A DNA stretch of 63,763 bases, filler included, from Chiloscyllium plagiosum (GCF_004010195.1; 5 parts of one record of this genome joined end to end with filler, not necessarily neighbours in it), one strand, 5' to 3'. Positions 1 through 14,751 are shown, counted from the whole stretch's first letter. Numbers and translations: made by a program. The notes: generated by a model from the sequence alone, not told the origin.

Positions 1-245
1 AGAAACTTGTTCACCCAGAGAGTGGTGGCTGTGTGGAATGCTCTTCCCCAGAGGGCAGTGGAGGCCCAGTCTCTGGGTTCATTTAAGAAAGAGTTGGGTA
101 GAGCTCTCAAGGATAGTGGAATCAAGGGTTATTGAGATAAGGCAGGAACAGGATACTGATTAAGGATGATCAGCCATGATCATAATGAATGGTGGTGCAG
201 GCTCGAAGGGCAGAATGGCCTACTCCTGCGTCTATTGTCTATTGT
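1..245 (+). mobile_element. CR1/HER1-like LINE 3' end (young family), runs off window start
   Basis: Encodes CR1 ORF2 C-terminus (FTQRVVAVWNALPQRAVEA) and ends in (TCTATTG)n tail; near-identical copies at 38060-38406 (-) and 46282-46678 (+). Confidence 0.85.
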
Positions 246-1900
246 ATCAAATGCTTTCTCAAAGTCCAAATATTTGACATCCACAGCACTACCATAATCC
301 ATTGCCTGTGTCACCTCATCAAAGAACCAATCAAATTTATCAGACATGGCCTACCCTTGACAAAGCCATGCTGACTGACTAGTATTAACTTATTTTTCTC
401 CAAGTGTATATTTACTTTAGTCCACATTCTGGCCTCCATCTGTTTTCCCAGCTGACATTAAGCTGACAGGTCTGTAGTTTTCTGAGTTATCCTTTGCCCC
501 TTTCTTAAACAGCAGTGTCACATTTACAATCCTCCAGGCCCCCGGACTAATCCAGTGTTCAGGAAGGTCTGGGAGATTTCTGACAATGACTCTGCAATTT
601 GCTCCCTTACCTTTCTCTGCAATTTGGAATGTGTCCCATCTTGGCCTGCCGAATTCTCTACCTGGTGTGCTCCCCGCCTTTTTAGTACATCTTCCTGATC
701 TATTACTATACTCCTCAGTTGTTCAACACCCACATTTCAACTAGGCTATTGTCACCATTTTCTAATTTGGAAAACACAGAAGCAAAGTATTCATTTTGTA
801 TCTCTGCCATACCTTTTGCTTCAGTGAGCAGCTTTCCCTGCTTGTTCCTATTGGACCCCACTCTAACCTGCACTGATCTTTTACTATTAATATATTTGAA
901 GAACATTTTACTGTTTGCATTAGTGCAGTCTACCATCTTTTCCTCATGCTTTCTCTCAGCCTTCCTTATTCCATCCTTAGCCTCTGTCCTGCATTTGAGA
1001 TGATTTCTATTGCTATTATTATTCTGGTATGCATTATGTACCTTCTTTTTGTTCCTCATTTTCTCATCAATATCTTTAGTTATCCAGGGGTCTATAGCTT
1101 TAGATATCCCTTATTTATTTCTTGTAGTTATGTATCTAGTTTGTATGTTATATAGCTAATTTGCAATCTATTCATCTCTTTTTTAAAATTTTACCAGTTT
1201 TCATCCACTGTTTTATCCATGACAATGTATTCCTAATCAACCTGGTCGAATTCAACTTTTAGATCCCTAAAATCACCCCTATTCCAGTCTGGGATTGCAA
1301 TCATTGACTGATTTTTTTTCCAGCTGAACATTGAAATTTACTATATTATGATCGCTATTTCCCAAATATTCCCCCATTCTGATGTTCTCCACTTGGCCTG
1401 CCTCATTTTCTAGAATGACATCCAGCACTCCCTCCAGAGTAGGACTGGAAATGCAGAAATTTCTCCTGCTCACATTGCAGGAATTTCTCTCCCACCATAC
1501 CTCACACTCTACCTTTTTCCCAGTCTATCTTAGGGTAATTGAAATCAACAATCACAATTGTATTTGTCTTGAAATTTCCATAATCTTCCTACAAATATTC
1601 TCTTCTACTGCCTCCCCACTATTTGGAGGTGTATACTAAATATCGGAGAACGTCACTACTCCTTTCCTGTTTCTTACCACCAACCATAAAAACTCTATTC
1701 AGGAACTGCATCTCACTTGAGGCCAGTGACAATATCTTTGATCAGGATTACTATACCTCGTCCCTTTTTTATTCCCACCTGTTTTCACTAAATGCCTTAA
1801 AAACCTGGAATGTTGCATATCCTGTCCTGTTCCAGAAAAGAGGGAAACTACAGACTTCACAAGTTTTTGATAACAGGTCCCTCGTGATCTCCATCTCAAT
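246..1900 (-). mobile_element. Old degenerate CR1 LINE ORF2 fragment
   Basis: Minus-strand peptides KMFFKYINSKR...EIQNEYFASVF and LDVIL..EAGQV...GEYLGNSDHNIVNF (APE/linker of CR1 ORF2); many stops; boundaries approximate. Confidence 0.75.
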
Positions 1901-2304
1901 TGTGGTGAGTGAGCCAACTTCTCCCAGAATCCTCCTCAGTTACTTCTCACCGCCCCCTCTGTCTTTTCTCACCTCCATCTTCTTTGGTGGATCAGCTTTT
2001 CCCCCTTTTTCCTGCCATACTGATACAGTTAGGGTGATGCACTCTCTTCCTGCCTCCCCCCTTTTTTGTGTGACCACCTGTCTTGTTTTAAACTTAACAT
2101 ACACCACTGAATCATTAATGTTTGAGAAATAATTCTCCCTGTCATTCCCAATCACTGATTAAGTTTGCTTCCTGGACTCAGCTTTGTCTGCTTTGTTCAT
2201 GTCAAGTTATCCCTTGACTGCAAGTGGTCAGTGGTTCAAGTGCTATTAATTCTTCCATATATGTAGCTTTTTCTTTGTTGGTCCCTTGCCTGGCTATACC
2301 TTTA

Positions 2305-2615
2305 GGGGCAGCATGGTGGCTCAGTGGTTAGCACTGCTGCCTCACAGCACCAGGGACCCAGGTTCGATTCCAGCCTCTGACGACTGTCTGTGTGGAGTTT
2401 GCACATTCTCCCCGTGTCTGCGTGGGTTTCCTCCAGGTGCTCTGGTTTCCTCCCACTGTCCAAAGATTAGGTGAATTGGCATGCTAAATTGCCCAAGGTG
2501 TTAGGTGCATTAGTCAGAGGGAAATGGGTCTGGGTGGATGAACTCTTCATGAGAATCGATGTGGACTTTACGAGCCGAAGGGCCTGTTTCACCACTACAG
2601 GAAATCTAATCTAAT
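2305..2615 (+). mobile_element. HE1-like tRNA-derived SINE
   Basis: A box TGGCTCAGTGG, B box GGTTCGATTCC, conserved body GGAGTTTGCACATTCTCCCCGTG, CR1-like 3' tail ending (ATCTA)n. Confidence 0.85.
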
Positions 2616-3939
2616 TCAGTTCTGAAGGAGCTGCAGGAACACAATAACTTATGCATTGATGTGCACAAACCTTTGAAAGTGGCAGGAAAGATTAAGAAAA
2701 CAGTTGGCAAAGCATACAAGATTCTGGAATTTCAAAATAGAGGCATCGGCCTGAAAATTTGCTCCTGCATTAGTTGGGAGCAGATTTGGGAAACTTGCCA
2801 GCTGAGTCCTCCCAATTCGGCACAAAGATGGTCTAATTTCCATTGAGGGATGGGGCAGATGTTAATAGGAGACAGCACTATCATCCCCAGAAAGGCAGTC
2901 ACAGGAACAGTGGGATGTGAAGGTAGGCTATGTGAAATGTCAGGCAGCATCCGAGGAGCAGGAGATTTGATGTTTCAGACATAAGCCCTTCATTAGGAAT
3001 GACCAGCACCACACTCTAGGCTCTGATCTCCAGCACCTCCAGTCCTCACTTTCTCCCGGCTACGTGAAAGGTCTGCCTTGATGGGCAGACATGTTCCCCA
3101 TCCACCATCATTTTCCCTTATATCCTCCATGCCAACACACCCATTATCCACCATGGGTAGATCTCAGAACCCAATTTGAGAAGGAATAAAATAAATTTGG
3201 AACAGTCTGTTGATGACTTTCTGTTAGTCAAAATTCTCTGAATATTAAATAAATCTCTACATTTAAATTACTTCAATAACCCAAACCCTTTTATAGGAAG
3301 TATTTGTATTCGTAGCCCACATCAGAGGTTTTATAACCACCTGGAGCTGCCAATTAAATTGTGAATTTATAGATATTGGTTGTTATAATGATAGGTTGTG
3401 CAATCAATAAATGCAGGATTATGTCAACAAATAGAACAGAAAGAAGTGCTCACTATTTCAAATGGTAGAGTCTTTTTTCTTAAAGGGCAGGACATTTAAA
3501 TGCTTTTACAGCCAGACAGCTCCTTAGAAATAATGATTGCTTATGAGTGTTTCCCACATTTATACATAATGATGTCTACTTTTAATAATCGCAAAAAAAT
3601 AGCACACTTCTCTCAAAAGGCACCTTATCTTTCCCAAAGGTAGTCTGTGGATGCCTCCAAAAGGCTACCCCACCTCCTTAAAAAACTCCAGTAAGTTTGG
3701 AGTTTCTTTCAAAGGTGTAAAGGTCATGAGTCATGTTTGGAGAAGCCATCAATGAAAATTGGGTCGGTTTGAAGGTGATGCACTTTGACAAGTGCAGTTA
3801 ACTCCCTGAATCATATCCCTGCCTCCATCCCACCCCACTCCCACCTCCTCCCACCCCAACGACCACATTGACTATTCAGTTCAGGGATGGCAATTCTGGA
3901 TTTATCGTTCTGATGCTGTTTTGCCTAAGCCAAAGAATC

Positions 3940-4530
3940 TCCATGGACTTGTGAAAAATTCAAATCATACAGTCCAAAATAAGGCAGTTGTGGTGTATCT
4001 TTATAAACCATTCACTTGGCCTCAACTGGATTATTGTGCCTAATGCTGAGCACTACACTTTAGGAAAACCAATAACAAAGCAAAGAGGGTGCAGACATGA
4101 TTTAAAAGCATGGCTTCAGGGATGAGAAATTTCAGTTATATGAATAACATTAAGAGGCTGAAGTTTCTCTTTGGAGAGGGGAAGGAGAGAAGGAGAGAGA
4201 GATTTGTAATATTGTGAGGGATCTGAACAGAGTGGAAAAGATGAGGCAGTTCCTGTTAGTGGAGGTGAACCATTTAAGGTGACTGGCACAGAAATATTGG
4301 TGACATAAAAAAAACCTGTTTTGCACTGTACATGGCGAACACTCTGGAATGTTCTGTCTCACAATGCAATGGAGGTAGATTCAGTCTCAGCTTTCAACAG
4401 GGAATTGGATAATTATCTGCCTTTGCAAGGTTATGAGTAAGGGCAGGGTTGTGGGAAAAAGTGAATTGTGTTCCTGGAGGTCCGGCTTGGACATGATGGG
4501 TTGAACGGCCTATTGTAACCATTCTGTGGT
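3940..4530 (+). mobile_element. Degenerate CR1 3' fragment
   Basis: Recognisable decayed ...LYK...PQLDYCA... segment and 3' UTR similar to other CR1 copies in the window. Confidence 0.6.
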
Positions 4531-4734
4531 CAGACTGCTTTAGAGAGGTCCCTGACTCGTCACAGCTGAAAATTGAGCAGTGAATCTGCCTCCAAGAGTG
4601 GGAAGCCCCAATCAGGTTTCACAGTGATCAAGTTGCTAATTACTTGAATTTGTGCTCCCCCCGCCATCCCACACCTCCATGTGGAAAGGTGTCCTATCTT
4701 CCAAAGCTGTTGGCCAATCAGATGAGAACCAAAA

Positions 4735-5050
4735 AACCTTACAGTGTGGAAACAGGCCCTTCAGCCTAACAAGTCCACACTGACCCCTGCAAAAGTAACC
4801 CATCCCCCTAACCTATTATCCTATATTTACACCTGACCAATACACATAACCTACACATCCCTGGACACTGTGGGCAATGTAGCATGACTAATCTACCTAA
4901 TCTGCACATCTTTGGACTGTGGGAGGAAACTGGAGCACCCAGAGGAAATCAATCCAGAGCCGGGGAGAATGTTCAAACTCCACACAGACAGTTGCCCAAG
5001 GCTGTAATTGAACTAAGGTCTGTGGTGCTGTGAGGCAGCAGTACCACCCA
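4735..5050 (-). mobile_element. HE1-like SINE
   Basis: Reverse complement of the 2305-2615 family (ggaaacaggccctt...caaactccacacagacag...gctgtgaggcagca). Confidence 0.8.
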
Positions 5051-5223
5051 AGATGGCATGGTACCAGCTTTTAGGTGCCAAGAGTGCCATCAGGACTGAT
5101 GGCCAGTGCTGGGAATGCAGCAGCACTGCTACCCCAACTCATAACCCTTCAACTCCTGAATTGCTGGAGACATACTGGACACTGAGATAAGTCAGGGTGG
5201 CTTTACTCCATATTGCAATGTTG

Positions 5224-6240
5224 AGAGTGTGGTGCTGGAAAAGCACAGCATGTCAGGCAGCATCCAAGGCGCAGGAGAATTGATAATTCGGGCATAAGCA
5301 CTTCATCAGGAATGAGGCTTGTGAGCCGGGGGGGGCTGAGAGATAAATGGGAGGGGTTGAGGGGGGAAGGTAGCTGAGAATGTGATAAGTAGATGAAGAT
5401 GGGGGGGAAGGTGATAGGTCGGAGAGGAGGGTGGAACGGATAGATAGGAAAGGCGATTGACAAGTCAAGAGAGTGGAGCCAAGTTGGAAGTTTGAGACTG
5501 GGATAACATGGGGGGAGGAGAAATGAGGAAAATGGTGAAATCCACATTGATCCCCCATGGTTGCAGGGTCCCAAGGTGGAATATGAGGTGTTCTTCCTCC
5601 AGGTGTCGGGAAGTAAGGGCTTGGTGATGGAGGAGGCCCTGGACCTGCATGTCCTTGACAGAGTGGAAGGGGGAGTTGAAGTGTTCAGCCACAGGCAGTG
5701 GGTTTGGTTGGTGTGGGTTTCCCAGAGATGTCCTCTGAAATGATCCGCAAATTGACATCCTGTCTCTCTCTGATGTAAAGGAGACCACATCAGGTGCAAT
5801 GGATACAGTAGATGACATTGGTGGAGGTACAGGTAAATTTCTGATGGATGTGAAAGGATCCTTTGGGCCTTGGATGGAGGTGAGTGGGAGGTGTGGGCAC
5901 AGGTTTTGTACTTCATTTGGTGACAGTGGATGGTGCTGGGTGTGAGGCGTGAGGTGTGGGCTGGAGGGGTGTGTGGATCTGATGAGGGAGTCGCGGAAGG
6001 AATGGTCTCTCTGGAATGCTGTTGGTGGGGGAGGAAAATATGTCTCTGGTGTTGTGGTCCATTTGTAGGTGGCGGAAGTGGTGGAGGATGATGCGATGTA
6101 TATGGAGGTTGGTGGGGTGGAGAGTGAGGACCAGGGGGTTCTGACCTTGTTGTGTTGGGAGGGGTGGTGTTTGAGGGTGGAGGTATGTGAAGTGGAGGAG
6201 ATGCGCTGGAGGACATCGTCGGCCACGTGTGTGGGGAGAT
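5224..6240 (-). mobile_element. Penelope-like element 3' fragment (GIY-YIG endonuclease C-terminus plus terminal repeat)
   Basis: Peptide RHLEEEHLIFHLGTLQPWGINVDF typical of the PLE C-terminus, frameshifted; followed by the terminal repeat with a degenerate CTGATGA...GAA motif. Confidence 0.8.
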
Positions 6241-8519
6241 TAGTGTCTGTCTCGATATCAGGTGAATATATAATGTCCAGAAGATGGTGACACACTAAGC
6301 CTCTGTATTTACTCATCACATCAACCATGTTGTCTGTGAAGTGAACAAACTTCCATTGGCTATCTAGGAAAATGCCAGCCAGCTTGCTGTTGTAAAATTA
6401 TTGCACCAAAAATGCTTTAGTTGGTGGTGTTATGGTAGTAGCACAGAGTCTCTGCTTGCTGTTTTCAGTGTATTCTACCCAAGTTCTGGTGTTATTTTTC
6501 ATTAATAAGAGCAGGCAGTCTAAGCAGACACCAAAGATCAGAACCCATGGAGACAACAGAAAATGGAGCAGCATCCTTCAATCCCTGAGACATCGGTTGG
6601 CATTGCAGCCCACAGCCTTTTATCTACCCCTCATGGAACAGAGGTGACATCTAATGCCAATTAACAATCTCTTTGGATCCGACTACTGCCTTTTGTATTT
6701 TTGATTGGATTTTCCTAAAATCAAGAGTAGGAGCTTCTAATGCTCTCAATACATGCTTTATGCAGAATCCTTAGGAAAGCCTTTGAACACTTCTAGAATG
6801 TTGCCAGATTTTAGTGGTGAGGGTTGGCTGATATTTGGAGCGTCATTTGTTGGATAGTGAAAATGGCTTGGAAACTCTTCAGGTTCAAGTTCCATTCCAA
6901 CTTCATATTTTCCCCATCATCAATGTATTGAAACTGAAAATGAATTAGTTATATCACACCATTTTGATAATTGGCTATACTTTTGGGGATGAGGACTGGG
7001 CAATGTTGGGGAGCACAATGGGTGAGGTCAATATTAGATGTGTGATGTTCCCAATGCTTTGCCTCTTTAAAACACATATTACTAAAGGCAAATAGCCATT
7101 CTTCATGTCTTGTCCTGTCCCTTTTCCTTTCTTAATAATATTTCTGGCAAGTTTGGTGGCTGGGGTATTTAATCTGGTGAAAGAGGGGCAGATGAGGATG
7201 CTGATGTAAGATTTGGATCTAAAGCTGGTCCCCTTAATAATTAGTCTGACCTAAAGTTGCTGAAGTTCTGTATTTTAAACGGTAACCATTTTATTGCCAA
7301 ATACTATCTACACAAGGTATTTGAGAGTTGGCTGTCACCATTCATAGCTTGGCAATAAGTTCTTGCCATGTGATCTCTGACATCATCACAATGGCTGTTG
7401 TCACTTATATTCTAAATCTTTCAAACTTTCTTATTCTACATTGTTCTTCTGACTCCTTCCCAATTACAGCTGGAGCAGCAATACTGTTGGATGGTCTTGT
7501 CACCCTACTGCCCCATTGGAGTGATGAGTTACAGGCAATGAAGGGCTTTCAACTGTTTCACAGGGAAACAAAAGCCCCTTTGCTTCAATGAAATGATATA
7601 TGTTATATCTGTCTGTTTAGTCTCCAGCAGTAACTTTCATCCCACTATTCTGTAAGGATTTACAAGTAGGCAGTTTAATATATCTTAATTATCGTTGAGT
7701 TCCTACCAGCTGCTGGTTTAAATACAGTGTTTCCAGTTGGCAAGCATGTCTTCCAGAGAATCATGAGTTGGGTGCCATCTCAACACAATTTTAATTCAAA
7801 ATAAAGTCTTACTCAATGCCCAATTGACTAGTAAAATGTGGCAGGACTAGGAATTGTTGCCATTGAAACCGTGCTCAAAGGCTGGCTTATCTGTAGGCAA
7901 TTATATCATAAGTATGTGTGTGCTATTTTGATTGCCAGGAGAATTTACAGCTTCTAGATTGCTTGCTTCTAACATTTATTGCCTTGATAATGCTCAGTAA
8001 GGTCTATCTGCTTATCATGGGTGCTGTTGTTGCTAGGTTCATTTGGATGGACGATCAGTTGGAAGAAGAGGAATAGCACCAACTAGCCTCAGCAACCAGC
8101 ATGTGCAGAAGTCGGGCCAAAGACAGCAGGTGAGGGGCGCTGCTCATTGGAGGCCATACCCACCACAGAGGGTACATAGGGCAACAGTTATTTTCTTGGA
8201 CTTATCCGAAGTGCAGTCCATCAGATGCTGAACATCCTCCGGCTGCTCTTAACTTCTATGTCAACGGTTCCTCCCAGTCTCTCCAGAGGACGGCGCCCAC
8301 CATCGCCCAGGCTGCAGTGCACAACTGTATTAAGAAGGTTTGCCTGGTCTAACAGTGCATCACTCTCCCCATTGGCACCAACAGATAACAGGAGATGGCT
8401 TTGGTGATTTGCAGCATTGGCTGGATTCTCTTTCATACAAGCTGTTAGTGACTATATGTGGTAACATCAGAATACCAGCCAGCAGGATTTGAGAAAATAA
8501 ATAACTACTACTCTCACTC

Positions 8520-9595
8520 TTACCCACCTAGTCTTGAATGATTGAAACAGGACATTATTAAAGCCTTGGTTCAAACATGGACAAGAGAATTGAATTCCAG
8601 AGCTGAGATGAGAGTGATAGACCTTGACATCAAGGCCACATTCAACCGAGTGTGTCATCAAGAAGTCATAGCAAAACTGGAATCAATGGGTACCGGGGGC
8701 AAACTCTCTGCTGGTTGGAGTCATATCTGGCACATAGGAAGATGATTGTTGGAGGTCAAACATCTCAGCTCCAAGACATCTTCTGCAGGAGTACCTCAGG
8801 GTAGAATCCTAGGTCCAATCATCTCCAGCTGCTTCATCAATGACCTTTTCTCCATCATAAGGTCAGAAATGGGGATGCTTGCCAATGATTGTACAATGTT
8901 CAGCACCATTCACAACCCCTCAGATACCGAAGCAACCCATGTCCAAATGCAACAAGGTATGGACAATATCCAAGCTTGGGCTGACAAATAGCAAGCTAAC
9001 ATTCACGTCACACAAATGCTAAGCTATGACCATCACCAATAAGAGACAATCTAACCACCACCCCTTGACATTCAGTTGTGTCACCATCACTGAATTCCCA
9101 TATTTCCAACATACTAGGGGTTACCACTGACCTGAAATACTTCTGGACTTGCTCCATAACAGTGCAGGTCAGAGGCTAGGAATACTTGGGTGAGTATCTC
9201 ACCTCCTGACTCCCAGAGCCTGTCCACCATCTATAAGGCACAAGTCAGGAGTGTGATGGAATACTCCCCACTTGTCTGGATGGGTACAGCTCCAATAACA
9301 CTCAAGAAGCTTGACACCATCCAGAACAAAGCAGCCGCTTGATTGGCACCACAGCCACAAGCATCCACTCTCTCCACCTCTGGAGCAGTGTTTATTATCT
9401 ACAAGATGCACTGCAGAAATTTAACAAAGATCCTCAGACAGCACCTTTCAAACCCATGACTACTTCCACGTGGAAGGACAAAGGCAGCAGGTGGGAACAC
9501 TACCACCTGCAAGTTCCCCTCCAAGCCACTCAACATTCTGACTTGGAAATATATTGCCATTCATTCACTGTCGCTAGGTCAATATTCTAGAATTC
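8520..9595 (+). mobile_element. Non-LTR retrotransposon RT 3' fragment (second LINE family)
   Basis: LDIKATFNRV, GVPQGRILGP, ANDCT (RT motifs A, B, C); second copy at 43680-44630. Confidence 0.75.
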
Positions 9596-12088
9596 CGCCA
9601 CCCACCTCCCCCTCACCCCGCCACCCCCACCCCACCCCATATTTGAGTAGTACAGCAGGATGAGCTTACGTGAGGAGCTGCCAAACCAGAGATGTAGGAG
9701 CCTGAAGCCTGTCTACAATGTGTCCCACAGACAGCCTCCCACAACATCATGCTGTGCTGCATGCTGTACAATATTTGCCATACAGAGAGTCCTGTTTCCA
9801 AGGAGGCTCAGCAGCATTTGCAGCAATCCTCATTAGATGAGGAGCAAAAGGACACAGCAGATGAATATGGGTCACCTATCATCAGCAATGGAGTAAAAAG
9901 CCATTTGAACAAATATAAGCTGACAAATGAAAGTCAGCATGGATTTATGATGGATAGGTCATGTCTGACTAATCTCAATGGATGTTCTTGAGGAGGTCAC
10001 TAACATGATGGATGGGTGTCAGGATGGACTCCCTGAAGCATTTGATGTAATTCTGTATCATTAAAAAAGTGTGCAGAACTGGAGGTGACCCTGTCACATG
10101 GATTAGTAGGTTAGGAGACAATCAGTGGGGTCTAAAGGAAATGTATCTGACCAGCAGCGTGTGACAAGTGGTATTTCCCAAAAATCTGAACTGTTTTTTC
10201 TTGCCATATATATTAGTAGTTTGACTGAAGGAATGCAGGACTATAATTCCTGGTTTGTAGCCATCTTACAGCATTATCAATGCAAAATTTGTCATAAACT
10301 TCAACCTGCTTTAAGATGTTCAAAAATAGGCCATATGGGCCATCAGTAGCTAGATAACAAATCTGGATTTTCCAGTTGTGATCAAGTGCACAATCTGTCA
10401 AACAAATTGAAATGAGGCTTGTAAATTAAAATTGTATGGCCTCATACTGATAACATAATGTGGGCTTCTTACTTGGCCCACCCCTCAGTCACCACATTCA
10501 TTCCCTGCCTCTCACTATCTCTGCCACATATGCAGCCAACCAGGAACTTGCAAGGAAGTTTTGACAACCTTTTGCTATGTCTTCAACAGAACATCAGCAG
10601 AAGTACCAGAGAGATGTTGCGATTGGCAGATTATGCCATTCCTTGGCATGTCTGATGTAGTTGGAGATTTTGAGAAGCCCCACACAGAAACCTTAGCCTT
10701 TCTATTGTTAAAACAAACTACATAAGCTTTATCTGAATAAAGATTCTGGAAAGTGTCTTCTACTTCTTCAAACCATTTGAAACCATCTGAGCAGAACATG
10801 CTAGAAGTTTGAGAATTCTAGCTATCTTGACTGACTACATCCTCTATAGCTGGTAATCATAGTGCAGGTTTTCAGCTAATATGGTTCCAGCTCTGAAGAA
10901 AATATGAAATGAAAATGTAATACATACATCAAAACACACAGAAGTTGAATTCACCCACTTTGTTGTGTTACTGTCCAATCTATTTGCTGTTAATATTAAC
11001 ACAGCATTTCATTGCCTTTTCACTTATTCTAGACCTTTTACATCCATTTAACCTATCTGAAAAGCCATTCAATTACTGATTAATTTATTTAGATCAATTT
11101 CAGTTTATACTTATCTTTTGCTCCATAGCACTGGAGCTAACTTTAACTTAAAAGTTGAGTCTGGTATTAAATTTTTTCTGTCCCAATCTGACATTTGTGT
11201 ATGTTTTGCATAAATCAACTACACTTACATTCATTACAAAAGACTGCATAGGAAACCTTCCTTTTCGTTATGCAGATCATGCCCAAATTTACCTAGCAAA
11301 CAACTCCTGTGTCTGCACCTATTCCCTCCCTGCTACTCATCAAAATCTTTATCCACATCATTGTCACTTTCAAGTTGGAAGCTGACAAAATTCCCAGTGG
11401 CGAATTAATGTTTCAAAATGCTGTCTTGACATAAACCCCATTGATTTATTCCTTCACTCACCTAATACAGGTGCCAGCACCTTTTATTCCCGTTAATGGC
11501 TGTGAAACCTTGCTCTGAATGAATTATGCCCCATATTTCCCACAATACAGAATTGTTTAATTGGCTGAATACTTTGAACTGTATTAAGGTTGTGAAAGAT
11601 TCTTGTATAATTTTATTTTAGGGCAGCACTTAACTTAGATTTACAACCTTCTTCAGCCCTAAGTTCCCATTTAACACTTCATTTTGGTTATTTTAACATA
11701 TTGTAAGCCATGCCAATGAAATCAAAGTCCGGAGAAAGGTAAAATATCTCTTCTGTTCTATGCTGATCTACTCTGCTACCTGAAGATTATAATACAATCC
11801 TTGTCCACTTCCACCAATGATGGCACAGTTTTTAACCATCATGGCCTACAGTTTGACATTCTGATCGACAATTCTCCAGCTTCAAACATCTGGACCCAAC
11901 TTCTAAAAGCAAATTAGCCCCTTTGGCTGTACCTTTAGTGCCCTTTCCAATATTGAACCTTCTCCAGGGTGAAGTGCTGTGAAATTTTAATCTCTACAAC
12001 ATTACTGTAGAGATGGCATGGTGACAGTTTCTAGACAATCTGTTATGCAAGGAGGAAATACTTATATGTCTTTTCTATTTCATTGTAG

Positions 12089-12303
12089 GATGACTACCTC
12101 CATTGGGTACTTTGTTTTAACCCTGGGAACTCCCAACATGCACGGTGACCCTTACCTCAACTGTTTTATTTCTGCAATCAGTGAAATTGTCGCATACACA
12201 GCTGCATGGTGGATGGTGAACCATGCACCGAGACGACTAGCAACTGCTTCCATGTTGATCCTTGGTGGTGTGATTCTGCTCTTCATTCAATTTATTCCTC
12301 CAT
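12089..12303 (+). CDS. slc22a5: SLC22A4/SLC22A5-like organic cation/carnitine transporter, exon equivalent to exon 7 (215 bp)
   Basis: tgtAG|G...CCT CCA T|GTaaga; encodes MTTSIGYFVLTLGTPNMHGDPYLNCFISAISEIVAYTAAWWMVNHAPRRLATASMLILGGVILLFIQFIPP, matching OCTN TM7-9; exact paralogue (a4 vs a5) not determinable. Confidence 0.9.
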
Positions 12304-12629
12304 GTAAGAGCTTTACAGCATTCTGCCACTTCATTTTTTTAAATGGCTGATGGTTCCCTGCTTCACTCTTTTTCCTGAGGATGTTTTTATTTGCTTTTTT
12401 AAAAAGTCAGATTTTTTAAATTTGAGAAAATTAAAGTTGAAATAAGAGCTCTCTTCATGGTACAATCCTAAGTGCACTACTCATTGGGTTCCTGACATTT
12501 TAGTTCAGAAAAATCTAGAGGTCAGTCCCTAGTCCACTATGGGCATGTTGACAAGTATCAAAATATAAACTGCTCGATCTTTAACATTTCTCTATTACAG
12601 CATTTGTGGGAGTCCCTGATTTATGAATG

Positions 12630-13000
12630 TCCATATCCCTTTAAACCTTTCCTATCCATATACCTGTCCAAATGTCTTTTAAATGTTTGAATTGTATTCG
12701 CCCTACCATTTTATCTGGCAGTTCGGTCCATATATGCCCTGCCCTCTGTGTGAAAAAGTTGACCCTCTGGTCCCTTTTAAATCTTTCCTGTCTCACCTTA
12801 AACCTATGTCCACTAATATTGAAATCCCCATCTTAAGGAAAAGACCTTTGCTGTTCACCTCATTAATGCCCCTCATGATTTTATAAACCTCTACAAGGTC
12901 ACCCCTCAGCCTCCTATGCTTCAGGGAAACCAGTCTCAGCCTACCCAGCCTCTCCTTATAACCGAAACCCTGTGGTCCTGGTAACATCCTTGTAAATCTA
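12630..13000 (-). mobile_element. CR1 3' fragment
   Basis: YKERLGRLRLVSLKHRRLRGDLVEVYKIMRG. Confidence 0.8.
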
Positions 13001-14751
13001 TCCTTTGATATATTTTAACGGGTAAAAAGAATGGAGAATTTCCTTTCCATTTTGATAGCTGGACTATCCCGGACAATTCCCAGACTCATGACACAAGGGG
13101 CATAGTGAAAGAAGCCAAGTACCTGGCCCTCCAGGGTTAACTTGGCAGGTTCTGGCCTCCTATAATCAGGCCAGGATCTGGTGTCAGTGCTATCCCAGTT
13201 TCAACATTTCAGTGACAGACATTCCTGACCACAAATCCCAGTTCCTTATGGCAAGGCACAGGGGGGAGATGGACAGGGTGCTACGAGGCTGCAGTAATAA
13301 TCCAGATGCTCAGGTTAATGCTCTGGGAGCATGGGTTCAAATCCCACCACAGCAGCAGTGAAATTTTGAATCCAGCTAAAAAAAATCTGGAATTAAAAAC
13401 TAGTTTGAGTTATGATGATGATGAAGCTATAATCTGATTTTCATTAAAAACCCAGCTGGAAGGCAATCTGCCATCCTTATGTAGTCCGGCTTGCATGTAA
13501 TTCCAGACACACAGAAATGTAATGGACTCCTTTCTGAAATAGTCATTTAGAGTAATGTTGGTTCAAGGGCAATAAGGGATGAACAGCAAATGATGTCTGT
13601 GGTGCCCACTTTCCCTGAAAGAATGAAGAGAGTAAAAAGCCGGAATGTCTGAAAAATCTTTGAAATTTGTGGTCTGTGCCGGGTCTATTTGTGGATCCTT
13701 AGGGGCATAAAAGCTGCCAGGAGCAAGATGCACTCGTCAAAGTTTAATACTGTCTGCCCATTGGAAATCAGAAAAGTTCAAATCAATGGGACAATATAGC
13801 TGTCATCTAATTACTCTCTGTTTGATTTTAATGTACCCTTCTCAGCAGGTGGGATGGTGACTCACTAGAAATCTGCAGGATTGTCTTCAATTATCCAGCT
13901 CTGGGGCCTGATTGCTATTTTAGACAGAGGCCAAAGCAGGGGAGTCTTGGTGACATTCCTGCCCAATCATTCAAGCAGAAAGAGGAGGCAGATCAGAAAA
14001 AGTCCAGAGTAGCACATCTTTTAACTTTAATTTTGTTTTGCTTTCTTTAAGAGGACCAGACCGAGCAGGAGAACATCTCCATGCTGCAGCTGGAACGATT
14101 AGGTCTTCCCTGCACTAGGTGCCAGCCTCTACTTATCTTGAGTCCACTACTACGGCACCTTCCGATTTACCTGAGTACTGGAGACTGATCCTTTGGTTCT
14201 CAGAGGTGATCTCTTACTTAAGATGTTGTGCCACCCACCCACCAATGGATTGCCATCTTCTGCTGACTTTGGACGAGAGACAGACCAGAACCACACAGAT
14301 GAGAATCCAGCCAGATTTCATGGGGTTGAAGCCAGAACAGTCAAATATACACCTCATATTCTCAGCTTGAGTTATTATCAGAGTTTTAAGCTCATTATTC
14401 CAGGAGAAGGGGGTGGTGAAAGGCTGTCTACATGGTTGTCATTTGCTTAGTTTCGAACACTTGTTTTTTTTTTGTTTGTCTATCTATTAAAGTGGAGACA
14501 AAGCTTTGATTTAACACCCATGGCATCTTCACAAATGCCAATTAGCACTGTGTGCATATGAACAGATGATAGACAAGTAAGGAAGAGATATGTTTTTATT
14601 CCCTGTGCAATGAGTCACAATTGGATTGACAGTAATGTATTAAATTAACAGTAAAATTGGTCCCATATCTCCGAAAAAGACACATCCTGCAACAGGAATT
14701 CTGCAATGCCTTTCTGCACCTGTTCAATGTTGCTCTCATTGGATTTTACAG

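Noticed and set aside
2305..2375. tRNA-like A/B boxes as tRNA genes (all SINE heads)
   Set aside because: They continue into SINE bodies and LINE-derived tails
5203..6216. 337-aa Pro/His-rich ORF as a host gene
   Set aside because: Alternative frames of a frameshifted C-rich Penelope element
1..12088. Upstream SLC22 exon (exon 6 equivalent)
   Set aside because: No convincing candidate found by eye; probably upstream of the window or missed
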